Program-made: the position numbers and the translations under genes
Notes under the pieces: model-generated
Databases searched by the model: none
The model's input: only the letters and a program-made list of their open reading frames with translations
Told to the model about the DNA's origin: nothing
Shown here: positions 30,535-40,592 of the stretch, piece by piece
How the letters are laid out: every line of letters starts with the position of its first letter
Position numbering within the stretch: position 1 is the stretch's first letter
Assembly: GCA_963835955.1 (NCBI GenBank)
Contig: CAWIHZ010000006.1
Span: 11,118 to 75,117, forward strand
Length of the DNA: 64,000 nt
From: an uncultured Alphaproteobacteria bacterium
GTDB lineage: Bacteria; Pseudomonadota; Alphaproteobacteria; Rhizobiales; Beijerinckiaceae
Reading direction: 5' to 3'

Positions 30535-30924
30535 TTGACTGGCCGTCTGACCAACTTCGAGATCTATGGCGACGATCCCGAGGCGCTCGCGGCCTTCTAC
30601 CGCGAGCTGTTCGGCTGGCGGATCGAGAAGGCCGAGGGCGTCGATTACTGTCGCATCGCGATCGACGCCGAGGCGAAGCCGTTGACGTCCGGGGGCATCG
30701 CCCGCAGGCCGGCGTTCGGACAAGCAGGATGGATGAACTTCGTCGAGGTCGACGATCTGGATGCGACGCTCGAAGCCGCGATGCGGCTCGGCGGCGCGAT
30801 CCTGAAGGAAAAGACCGCCACGCCGCGCACCGCCTGGCACGCGGTCATCAGCGATCCCGCGGGCGCCGCCTTCCTCGTCTGGCAGGCCGACCCGCTCGCC
30901 TTTCCCCCGCCCGAGCCGGATTGA
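30535..30924 (+). CDS. VOC-family (glyoxalase/bleomycin-resistance fold) protein
   Basis: LTNFEIYGDDPEALAAFYRELFGWRIEK...WMNFVEVDDLDATLEAAMRLGGAILKEKTATPRTAWHAVISDPAGAAFLVWQ. Only a TTG (30535) is available as a start after the upstream stop, so the start is uncertain. Confidence 0.65.
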   Translation: MTGRLTNFEIYGDDPEALAAFYRELFGWRIEKAEGVDYCRIAIDAEAKPLTSGGIARRPAFGQAGWMNFVEVDDLDATLEAAMRLGGAILKEKTATPRTAWHAVISDPAGAAFLVWQADPLAFPPPEPD

Positions 30925-30940
30925 ACAGCGAGAGTTAGAG

Positions 30941-31670
30941 ATGACCGAAGAAACCGGCCCGTGGGACGAGGCGGCGCTGACAAAGCTCGAAGACTGGGAT
31001 CGCGCCTTTGCTGCGGCGGCCGACAAGATGGTCAGCGATCCTTGGCGGCGCGGCGTGCTCATGCGAAAGTTCGTTGAACTCGTCTGTGTCGCCATCAACG
31101 TCGCCTGCACCAATCTCAATGCCGACGGAACCCGCCGTCACATCCGTCGGGCGCTCGCCGCGGGCGCGAAGTCGCGACGAGATTCTGTTCGTCTTCAAAT
31201 GCGCGAGCGTCATGGCGATCCATTCGATGAGCGTCGGCGCGCCGATCCTTCTCGAAGAGGCGAAGGCCGCGGACGTCGAACCGAAGCGCGCGCCATCCGT
31301 CGCGACGCCGGCCGTCGACAAAATGAAAGCCATCGGACAGTGGAACGCCGCATGGGACCCCTTTCTCACCCTCGACCCTGGCTGGACGGACGCTTTTATG
31401 GGCGCCGGCGCGGGCATCTACGGCAGCGGCGTCATGGCGCCGAAGGAGATTGAGCTTCTCAGCATCGCCTTCGACGCCTCGTTCACCCACATGTATGCGC
31501 CTGGAACGCGTCGTCACATTCAGAATGCGCTCAAGGCCGGCGCCTCGATGGAGGAGATCTTCGAGGTGCTCAAGCTGTGCGTCGCTCAAGGCGTGCAGGC
31601 CTGCAATCTCGGAATTCCAATTCTTCAAGACGAACTCGGCCGCAGGGCGGGCCAGCTATCGGAACCATGA
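30941..31670 (+). pseudogene. carboxymuconolactone-decarboxylase (CMD/AhpD-like) family protein with two CMD repeats, interrupted by a +1 frameshift near 31168-31173
   Basis: Frame A: ...RKFVELVCVAINVACTNLNADGTRRHIRRALAAGAK. Frame B continues (S)RDEILFVFKCASVMAIHSMSVGAPILLEE...KEIELLSIAFDASFTHMYAPGTRRHIQNALKAGASMEEIFEVLKLCV. The two repeats are clearly one protein. Confidence 0.7.
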
Positions 31671-32148
31671 CGTCCCATTAGCTTGCGACCAAGTCTTCCG
31701 CCGGCGCGACTTTGGCGTTCTTTTCGCGATCGTCATGGCAAAGCAGATCATGACGTCGAGCCTCGGACTTCCGCTCCGGGCGGAGACCGCGCCTAGAGGC
31801 AAGGCTCGCTTACCTCGTCACTTGCGACGTTCGCGGCCACGATTTGCGACGGCAGCAATACGTCAACTCCAGCCAGTCGTCGCGGGCGCCAAGCGTCAGA
31901 TTTGGACCACCAGTTCCCGCTTTTCGCGGCTCGCTCTAAGCGCCGGAATTGGCGTTGCGGGCAGACCGCGCTGGACCCGGCGCGCCCGACTGAAGCTGCA
32001 TAGCGCCGGTCTCGAACCGGGCAAGCGCCGCGGGTCGCTTGACCTCATGGCGCGCTTCGCCAAGGCTGTCGGCGTCCCGGTCGGCGGCCTGGCGGCGGCG
32101 GACCAAAAAGGTCCGGGCGAGACCGGCCGCCTTGCAGCGGAGGAAATC

Positions 32149-32969
32149 ATGACCAGCGAGAATGGCGACGCCGCGGTCGCCGCCCTGCGAGCGAAGGGTT
32201 TTACCCGCCTGCCTCCGCTCGCCATCGTGCTCGGCACCGGCCTCGGCGCCTTCGCCGACGAGGCGCGCGACGCGATCGCAATCCCCTATGGCGACATCCC
32301 CGGCTTTCCGGCGCCGAGCGTCGAAGGCCACGCCGGACGGCTGGTCGTCGGCGAAATCGAGGGACGCCGGGTCGCGCTGTTTCAGGGCCGCGGCCATTAT
32401 TACGAGCGCGGCGACGCCGGCGCGATGCGCGGCGCGATCGAGACCTTCCGCCGCCTCGGCGGCGAAACGCTCGTCCTCACCAACGCCGCCGGGGGCCTCA
32501 ACAAGGAATGGCCGCCGCCGGCGCTGGTCGCGATCACCGACCACATCAATTTCGCCGGCGCCAATCCGCTGATCGGCCAGACGGGGATGGACCGTTTCGT
32601 GCCGCTGACCCGCGCCTATGACGAGGCGTTGCGGGCCGAACTTCACGAGGCGGCGCGGGCGGCCGACATCGAGCTCCATGAAGGCGTCTACATGTGGTTC
32701 TCGGGTCCGAGCTTTGAAACTCCGGCCGAAATACGCGCGGCGCGAATTCTCGGCGCCGACCTCGTCGGCATGTCGACGGTGCCGGAGGTGATCCTCGCCC
32801 GCCGCCAGGGCCTGCGCTGCGCCGGGATCTCGGTCGTCACCAACTATGGGGCCGGCCTCGCGGGCGGCGATCCCAGTCACGAGGAGACGCAAGCCGTCGC
32901 GAGCCAGGCCGCCGAGCGCTTCAAGCGCCTGCTGCGCGGCTTCATCCGCGCCCACAAGGGCCCCGACGC

Positions 32970-32973
<4 letters not shown>
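32149..32973 (+). CDS. punA: purine nucleoside phosphorylase (trimeric PNP/PunA type)
   Basis: ...LAIVLGTGLG...GFPAPSVEGHAGRLVVGEIEGRRVALFQGRGHYYE...LVLTNAAGGL...GPSFETPAEIRAARILGADLVGMSTVPEV. ATG 32149 has the SD GGAGGAAA. Confidence 0.9.
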
Positions 32974-34297
<1,324 letters not shown>

Positions 34298-34301
<4 letters not shown>

Positions 34302-35242
34302 GCATTCTCCTCGCCATCTCCGGTTGGGACGTCGAATCCTGGCGCGCGCGGATCAACGCGCTGCTGCCGTCGCATCCGGTCGCGACATTGGGCGAGCCGT
34401 TCGACCGCGCTCGCATCCGCTACGCGCTCTGCTGGCGCCATCCGCCGGGATCGCTTTTTAGTCTGCCCAACCTCGAGGCGATCTTCTCGCTCGGCGCCGG
34501 CGTCGACCATCTCATCGCCGATCCGTCGTTGCCCGACCGGCCGGTGGTCAGGATCGTCGATCCGGATCTGCGCCAGCGCATGAGCGAGTGGGTCGTCATG
34601 CATGCGCTGATCCATCTGCGCCAGCTCAGACGCTACGAACGCCAGCAGCGCCAGCGCGTCTGGGAAGACGACGCCGGCCAACCGAAAGCGAGCGACGTCA
34701 GCGTCGGAGTGCTCGGCCTCGGCGTGCTGGGCATGGACGCGGCGACAAAGCTGAAGGCGATCGGCTTCAGGGTCGCCGGTTGGAGCGCGACCCCGAAGTC
34801 GGCGCGCGGGCTCGAAGCTTTTCATGGCCCGGAGGGGCTCGAGGCCATGCTCGGGCGAACCGACATGCTGGTCGCCCTGCTGCCGCTGACGAAGGCGACG
34901 CGCGGGATTCTCAACGCCCGGGTCTTCGCCGGGCTCCGCCAGGGCGGGCGGCTCGGCGGCCCGGTCGTCATCAACGCCGGCCGGGGCGGGCTGCAGGTCG
35001 AGGCCGACATTCTCGCCGCGCTCGACGCAGGCGTTCTCAGGGGCGCTTCCCTCGACGTGTTCGAGCGCGAACCGCTGCCGCCGGAATCCCGCCTGTGGAC
35101 CCATCCGGCCGTCTATGTCAGCCCGCACAATTCGGCGATCTCCTCGCCCGACGCCATCGTCGCCGCCATCGCCCGCCAGATCGAGGCTTTCGAGCGCGGC
35201 GAGCCGCTACGCGATGTGGTGGATCGCGCTCGCGGGTATTGA
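34298..35242 (+). CDS. ghrA: glyoxylate/hydroxypyruvate reductase A-like 2-hydroxyacid dehydrogenase
   Basis: Collinear with E. coli GhrA as I remember it (YALCWRHPPG, FSLGAGVD, GVLGLGVLG, NAGRGG, LDVFEREPLPPES), down to the identical C-terminus VDRARGY. GTG 34298 overlaps the deoA stop. Confidence 0.85.
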
Positions 35243-35346
35243 CGCAAGGCGGCGGAAGATCGGCTTAGCGCCCTCTACGGCCAAACGCCGCGCCGCGTCG
35301 GCCGGGTCGGGCGCATCAATGTCCGCAGACGCGAACCCGAGTCCTG

Positions 35347-36234
35347 TCACCGGCTCGCGTTCCCCTGCGCCGGGCGCGCCCAGCGACGTTCAAATTCCCA
35401 GACTTCCTCAAAGCCGATCAGGGAATTGAACGCCTCAAAGCTGAATAGGGGCAGTTGAGGCGAGGCGCTGGTGCCTTCGGTCTTCAATATTCGCAACGCA
35501 TTCTCGGTCGCCGCAGCCGCGGCGAGGCCGGTCGTCGAAGGGAAGATCGCCAGCGCGTAGCCGAGGGCCGTCAATTCGGATTTCGATCGGATCGGCGTTT
35601 TGCCGCCGTCCGCCATGTTGGCCATCATCGGCCTGCGGATTCTCGCGCACGCCTCTCTCATTTCGGTCTCGCTTTCCAGCGCTTCCAGAAAGACGATATC
35701 CGCTCCAGCCTCGCCATAGGCAAGGCCGCGCCGCACGGCGCCTTCGAATCCGTCGGTCTGGCGCGCGTCGGTCCGAGCGATGATCAGCATATTCTGCGGA
35801 TTTCTCCGAGCCTCGCACGCGACTTTGATCTTTTCGACCATGTCGGCGATCGGCACGACGCGCTTGAACGGCGTATGCCCGCATTTCTTGGGAAATTCCT
35901 GGTCTTCGATTTGAATGGCCGAAACCCCGACGTCCTCGTACCCTTTGACGGTATGATGAACGTTCAAGAGCCCGCCATAGCCGGTGTCCGCGTCGGCGAT
36001 CACCCCCGCCTTGACGGTTCGCGTCAAGGTCGCGACCCGGTCGAGCATCTGCGTGTAGGTCGCAATCCCCGCGTCCGGAAGCCCGTAGGCGGAGGCGGTC
36101 ATCCAAAAGCCGGACGCATAGACGAAGTCGAAGCCGACTTTATTGCTGATGACGGCTGCGATCATGTCGTGAATGCCCGGCGCGACGACGAATTGACGCG
36201 CCTGTAGCGCCGCAATGAGGCTGGGTCTGCTCAT
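35347..36234 (-). CDS. isocitrate lyase / PEP mutase family protein (2-methylisocitrate-lyase / carboxyvinyl-carboxyphosphonate phosphorylmutase-like)
   Basis: ...VAPGIHDMIAAVISNKVGFDFVYASG...DADTGYGG...AIQIEDQEFPKKCGH...IIARTDA... Confidence 0.85.
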   Translation of the reverse strand: MSRPSLIAALQARQFVVAPGIHDMIAAVISNKVGFDFVYASGFWMTASAYGLPDAGIATYTQMLDRVATLTRTVKAGVIADADTGYGGLLNVHHTVKGYEDVGVSAIQIEDQEFPKKCGHTPFKRVVPIADMVEKIKVACEARRNPQNMLIIARTDARQTDGFEGAVRRGLAYGEAGADIVFLEALESETEMREACARIRRPMMANMADGGKTPIRSKSELTALGYALAIFPSTTGLAAAAATENALRILKTEGTSASPQLPLFSFEAFNSLIGFEEVWEFERRWARPAQGNASR

Positions 36235-36446
36235 TTCTACACCTCCTCCCGATTCTCAGCGCATCCCGCGCGCCAACGCGAAGTCAATCGCGCGCGCTCC
36301 GTCCATGGCTCGGCGCATTCGCCGCGGTTGCAAGACCCCGATGTCGGCGCGTAGCGAATATTGGAATGTCCCGCCTCTTGCAGGCTGAGGCAAGGCCGCC
36401 CGGCGGCGCGGCTCGACAGGCGCGCGACCGCTCCTTAAGTTCAGCC

Positions 36447-37292
36447 ATGAAACAGGGACAGGCAAGCCGCACCGCGCTTGGCGCGGCGGGACATCGGGCG
36501 GCGCATCAGGCGCTCGAGGGCGGCAGGATCCTCTCTGATCCGCTGGCGCTCGTGATCCTGGGGGACGACGCCGAGGACGCGATCGCGGCGGCGAAGGAGC
36601 GATCCGAACGGCGGCCGTTGCGTCTCTTCATCGCCATGCGAAGCCGCTTGGCCGAGGATGCGGCGCGGCGCGCAATCGATGCGGGGGTGCGACAGATTCT
36701 GGTGCTTGGCGCCGGCCTCGACACCTTCGCCTATCGGCTCCAGCCGATCGGGGGCTTGCGCGTGTTCGAGCTCGACCATCCCGCGACTCAGAGCGACAAA
36801 CGCCGCCGTCTGGTCGAAGCGCGGATCGCCGAGCCGGCGCATGTTGCTTACATCGGCCATGATTTTGAGCGGGGAAGCCTGACGGAAGCGCTCGAGGCGG
36901 GCGGCTTCGACCCAAATCGGCGCGCCTTCGCGCTCTGGCTCGGCGTCACCCCCTATCTGACCGAGGACGCGGTCCTCGCCACGCTCGGCGAACTCGCGCG
37001 ATTTCCCGGCGGGGTCGAAATCGTGTTCGACTACGCCAATCCCCCGCACGCGATCGAGGATGCGGCGACGCGCGACTTTCATCAGGCCATGGCTGCGGGC
37101 GTCGCGGCGCGGGGCGAGCCATTTCAATGCTTCTTCGACACGCCGGCGCTGCACGAACGGGCGCGCCGCCTTGGATTTGCCGAGATCGAAGACCTCGATC
37201 GCGCGGCGCTGGTCGCCCGCTTCATGCCGGGCCTGGCGCTCGCCCCGCGGTCCGGCCCAGGCGGCCATATCGTTCGAATGGCGACGCGATAG
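36447..37292 (+). CDS. class I SAM-dependent methyltransferase (LCM / TIGR00027-like)
   Basis: MKQGQASRTALGAAGHRAAH...ILVLGAGLDTFAYRL...VFELDHPATQ...FALWLGVTPYLT. Start placed at ATG 36447. Confidence 0.8.
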   Translation: MKQGQASRTALGAAGHRAAHQALEGGRILSDPLALVILGDDAEDAIAAAKERSERRPLRLFIAMRSRLAEDAARRAIDAGVRQILVLGAGLDTFAYRLQPIGGLRVFELDHPATQSDKRRRLVEARIAEPAHVAYIGHDFERGSLTEALEAGGFDPNRRAFALWLGVTPYLTEDAVLATLGELARFPGGVEIVFDYANPPHAIEDAATRDFHQAMAAGVAARGEPFQCFFDTPALHERARRLGFAEIEDLDRAALVARFMPGLALAPRSGPGGHIVRMATR

Positions 37293-37445
37293 GCGTCGAG
37301 GGCGCGGCCTGAAAGGCGGCCCAGATCCGAGCTTACAAAGCTTTCATATCGCCGCCATCGCGAGGTAACCGCGTCGCCCGCATAAAGGTTGCATCGCGTC
37401 GGCCGAGTTTTCGCGCCGGCGACTCTCAATAACGGAGAAGTCAAC

Positions 37446-38951
37446 GTGCTCAACACATCCTCGCCCGGCCGGAGCCCGGCAAAGTCGCTCCGCGCGGCGT
37501 TGCTCGGCGCGGCGGCCGTCGCCGCGGTCGGCGCCATGACGTTCGAGGCGCTGCCGCTCGCGACTTTTCCCGCCCTCGCCGCCACGGTCGCTCCATCCGC
37601 GGCCCCCGCGTCGTTCGCCGATGTCGTCGATCACGTTAAAGGCGCGGTCGTTTCGGTCAAGGTCAAGATCGACCAAGCGAGCGCGTCGGACGACGAAACC
37701 ATGCAGCCGTCGCCAGACTTTCCGAAGGGCGCCCCGTTCGAGCATTTCTTCCGCCAGTTCGGCGAGCCCAACGGGTTCAATCATCCGCGCCCGCATCGAG
37801 AGATGGCGCAGGGCTCCGGCTTCTTCATTTCCCCCGACGGCTATATCGTGACCAACAATCACGTGGTCGAGCACGCCAGCGACGTGACCATCACCACCAG
37901 CGACGGCAAGACAATCCCCGCGCGCGTCGTCGGCGCCGATCCTAAGACCGACCTGGCGCTGCTGAAGGTCAAGGAAGGCTCGAACTATCCTTACGTCGCC
38001 TTCGCCTCCCAGCCGCCTCGGGTCGGCGACTGGGTGATCGCGGTCGGCAATCCGTTCGGCCTCGGCGGCACCGTGACCGCGGGCATCGTCTCCGCGCGCG
38101 GGCGCGACATCGGCTCGGGGCCCTATGACGACTTCCTGCAGATCGACGCCCCGGTCAATCACGGCAATTCGGGCGGCCCGACCTTCAATTCCAACGGCGA
38201 GGTGGTCGGCGTCAACACCGCGATCTTCTCGCCGTCGGGCGGCAGCGTCGGCATCGGCTTCGCCATCGCCAGCGACGTCGTCAAGAATGTCGTCGAGCAG
38301 CTCAAGGACAACGGCAAGGTCGCGCGCGGCTGGCTCGGCGTCGAAATCCAGCCGGTGACGCAGGACATCGCCGACAGCCTCGGTCTCAAGAACGCCGCCG
38401 GCGCGCTGGTGGCGAAGACCCAGAAGGATTCGCCCGCAATGGCGGCCGGCCTCAAGGACGGCGACGTGATCACCGCGGTCAACGGCCAGGCGGTCGCCGA
38501 CGCGCATGATCTTGCCCGCAAGGTCGCCGAACTCGGCCCGAAGAAGGCCGCCGAAGTCGCGATCATCCGCAATGGTTCGCCGCAGACGATCAAGGTGACC
38601 CTCGGCGCTCTGAGCGACGCCAAGCAGGCCAAGGCCGAGGTTTCCCCTGAGCAGTCGAAGAGCGCGATGGCGAAATACGGCATGACGCTCGAGCCCGCCG
38701 CGAATGTGGACGGCGCAGGCAAGGTCGGCGTCGCCGTCTCCAACGTCGATCCCGACGGCGCCGCGGCGCAGAAGGGCATCCAGACCGGCGACGTCATTCT
38801 CGAGGTCGCGGGCAAGCCGGTCTCGCGTCCCGCGGAGGTGACCGCCGCCATCGACGCCGCCAGGGCCGAAGGCAAAAAGGCGGTCCTGATGCGGCTCAAG
38901 TCGCAAGACAGCACGCGGTTCGTCGCTCTGTCGACCGAGGCCGCGTCTTAA
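37446..38951 (+). CDS. DegP/HtrA (Do-family) periplasmic serine endoprotease with two PDZ domains
   Basis: Catalytic triad contexts TNNHVV, DLALLKV, GNSGGP. Two PDZ-like segments (GALVAKTQKDSPAMAAGLKDGDVITAVNG; VSNVDPDGAAAQKGIQTGDVILEVAG). GTG 37446 with a GGAGA SD is preferred over track start 37389. Confidence 0.9.
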   Translation: MLNTSSPGRSPAKSLRAALLGAAAVAAVGAMTFEALPLATFPALAATVAPSAAPASFADVVDHVKGAVVSVKVKIDQASASDDETMQPSPDFPKGAPFEHFFRQFGEPNGFNHPRPHREMAQGSGFFISPDGYIVTNNHVVEHASDVTITTSDGKTIPARVVGADPKTDLALLKVKEGSNYPYVAFASQPPRVGDWVIAVGNPFGLGGTVTAGIVSARGRDIGSGPYDDFLQIDAPVNHGNSGGPTFNSNGEVVGVNTAIFSPSGGSVGIGFAIASDVVKNVVEQLKDNGKVARGWLGVEIQPVTQDIADSLGLKNAAGALVAKTQKDSPAMAAGLKDGDVITAVNGQAVADAHDLARKVAELGPKKAAEVAIIRNGSPQTIKVTLGALSDAKQAKAEVSPEQSKSAMAKYGMTLEPAANVDGAGKVGVAVSNVDPDGAAAQKGIQTGDVILEVAGKPVSRPAEVTAAIDAARAEGKKAVLMRLKSQDSTRFVALSTEAAS

Positions 38952-39013
38952 GTCGAAAGCGCTTGGTCCGGCGGCGAGGCCGCGTTCGTACCTTCCTCGA
39001 CGCCAGATCATGC

Positions 39014-39042
39014 GGCAGGCCGGTTCCCGCGACCGGCCTGCC
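39014..39042. other. perfect 11-bp-stem hairpin GGCAGGCCGGT-tcccgcg-ACCGGCCTGCC downstream of the protease gene
   Basis: Read directly. No U-tract follows on either strand, so it is not a canonical intrinsic terminator. Confidence 0.4.
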
Positions 39043-39400
39043 GGCCCAGCGGACAGTCCGCCGAGCCCTGCTTCGGCCGCCGCCGGACGTCCGGATTTCG
39101 GTTTGAAAGGGCGCTCTCCCTCGAGCGCAGGCGCGCCCGCTCTCTTGGACCTTGTGGCCGGACGCGCGTCTTGCGCCGCAAGGCCGCTCTTTCACACTTC
39201 GCGCAAGCGAGGGCGCGGCCCACCGGCGATGAGCCGAGGGAGGGTGGGCCGTGTCGCGTTCAATCGAATTCGCCGTCCTGGCCGAGGCTCATCCTCGGCA
39301 AAAGGCGCTTAGGCCGATTCCATGGCTCGGCGACATGGTTTACAAACCCCAACGATAGACGAGCGGCCAGTGTGGCGAACTCGCAAGTCCGGAATGCGCC

Positions 39401-40054
39401 ATGCCGCCGCGGGGCTCATTGAAGAAGCGTCAGAGCATCATCGACGCCTGTCTCGAGATGAACGCGCGCGGCATCAATCAAGGCACGTCGGGCAACATCA
39501 GCCTGCGCCAGGGCGACGGCCTGCTGATCACGCCGACGAGCATGCCGTATGACGCGATGTCGCCAGGGGACATTGTGGAGATGCGGCTCGACGGCAGCGT
39601 CGTCGGCGCGGGGCGGCCGTCGAGCGAGTGGCGATTTCACCTCGACATCTTACGCGAGCGGCCGGACGTCGACGCGGTCGTCCACGCCCATCCCAACTAC
39701 TGCACTACCCTGGCCATCATGGAGCGGAGCATTCCGCCCATCCACTACATGATCGCCGCCGCCGGAGGCGACAGCATCCGTTGCGCCCCTTACGCGACCT
39801 TCGGCACCGCGGAACTGTCCGCCAACGCCGTCGAGGCGCTGAAGGGCCGGAAAGCCTGCCTTCTCGCCCACCACGGCATGATCGCCGTCGGCGCCTCGCT
39901 CGCCAGCGCAATGTGGCTCGCGGTCGAGGTCGAGACCCTGGCTCGCCAATACGTCAACTGTCTCCAGATCGGCGTTCCGCCGCTTCTGTCGCCGCAGGAG
40001 ATCGAAAACGTCATCGATCGAATGTCTGGCTACGGACTGAGCGTCAGAGTCTGA
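39401..40054 (+). CDS. class II aldolase/adducin-family protein (L-fuculose-phosphate-aldolase-like)
   Basis: ...NQGTSGNISLR...LITPTSMPYDAM...SSEWRFHLDI...VVHAHPNYCTTLA...LLAHHGMIAVG... Confidence 0.85.
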   Translation: MPPRGSLKKRQSIIDACLEMNARGINQGTSGNISLRQGDGLLITPTSMPYDAMSPGDIVEMRLDGSVVGAGRPSSEWRFHLDILRERPDVDAVVHAHPNYCTTLAIMERSIPPIHYMIAAAGGDSIRCAPYATFGTAELSANAVEALKGRKACLLAHHGMIAVGASLASAMWLAVEVETLARQYVNCLQIGVPPLLSPQEIENVIDRMSGYGLSVRV

Positions 40055-40260
40055 CCCATGCGTTCGGCTCGCGCTGTCATGTCTTGACCATCGCGAACCG
40101 ACCGATTGGGATTTTATCGACCGGCGGAAATGTCGTCGGGCGGAAGCGCTATGGCTGTTTGGGCCTCGCCAGAATTGGGGAGACAATTTGGCGCGGGCCG
40201 GCCTGTGGATATCGGCAAGAATGTTCTTGCTTTTTGGCGACGCACAATTAATATGGTGCG

Positions 40261-40346
40261 GTGCGGTGCGATTGTGCCGCATATGCCCTCCTTGGGCGTT
40301 TCCTCCCTAGACTTTAAGGCCGCCCTCGTGGCGGCCTCCTTTTTTC
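40261..40346 (+). ncRNA. candidate ~85-nt sRNA with two C/U-rich (anti-SD-like) motifs, ending at an orphan intrinsic terminator
   Basis: Promoter-like TTGCTT (40227-40232) -16 nt- TAATAT (40249-40254). CCCTCCTT at 40286-40293 lies in the loop of a short GCCC/GGGC hairpin. TCCTCCCT at 40301-40308 is unpaired. The terminator is at 40317-40346. No expression evidence. Confidence 0.3.
40317..40346 (+). terminator. rho-independent terminator
   Basis: AGGCCGCC-ctcgt-GGCGGCCT followed by CCTTTTTTCGG. It lies 260 nt downstream of the aldolase stop with no credible ORF in between. Confidence 0.7.
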
Positions 40347-40592
40347 GGCTTTTGGTTTGCCGCCGCTGCGGCACTTGCCGGTTTGGAGGGCTGCTTGACG
40401 TCTCTGCTTGGCGAGCGGCTTCACCCAGCCCGAGCGTTCCAAAACCGGCCTCAGGCTGTATTTCCTCTCGCGCGCGGGCGGCCATAGACGGGGCGTTCGC
40501 GGCAATTCCCTTGACATGCGGACCCATTGGGGGTGAATTGCGCCCCGCGGGGACTCGCTTTTCGAAGATTTGTCAGAAAGTTGGCATAAATT

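Noticed and set aside
39650-40282. A minus-strand 210-aa ORF preceded by a strong SD-like AAGGAGG (the complement of the CCTCC motifs)
   Set aside because: The protein (MRHNRTAPHHINCASPKSK...) is not protein-like and runs antisense through the aldolase gene. The SD-like sequence is better explained as the complement of the anti-SD motifs of a plus-strand RNA.
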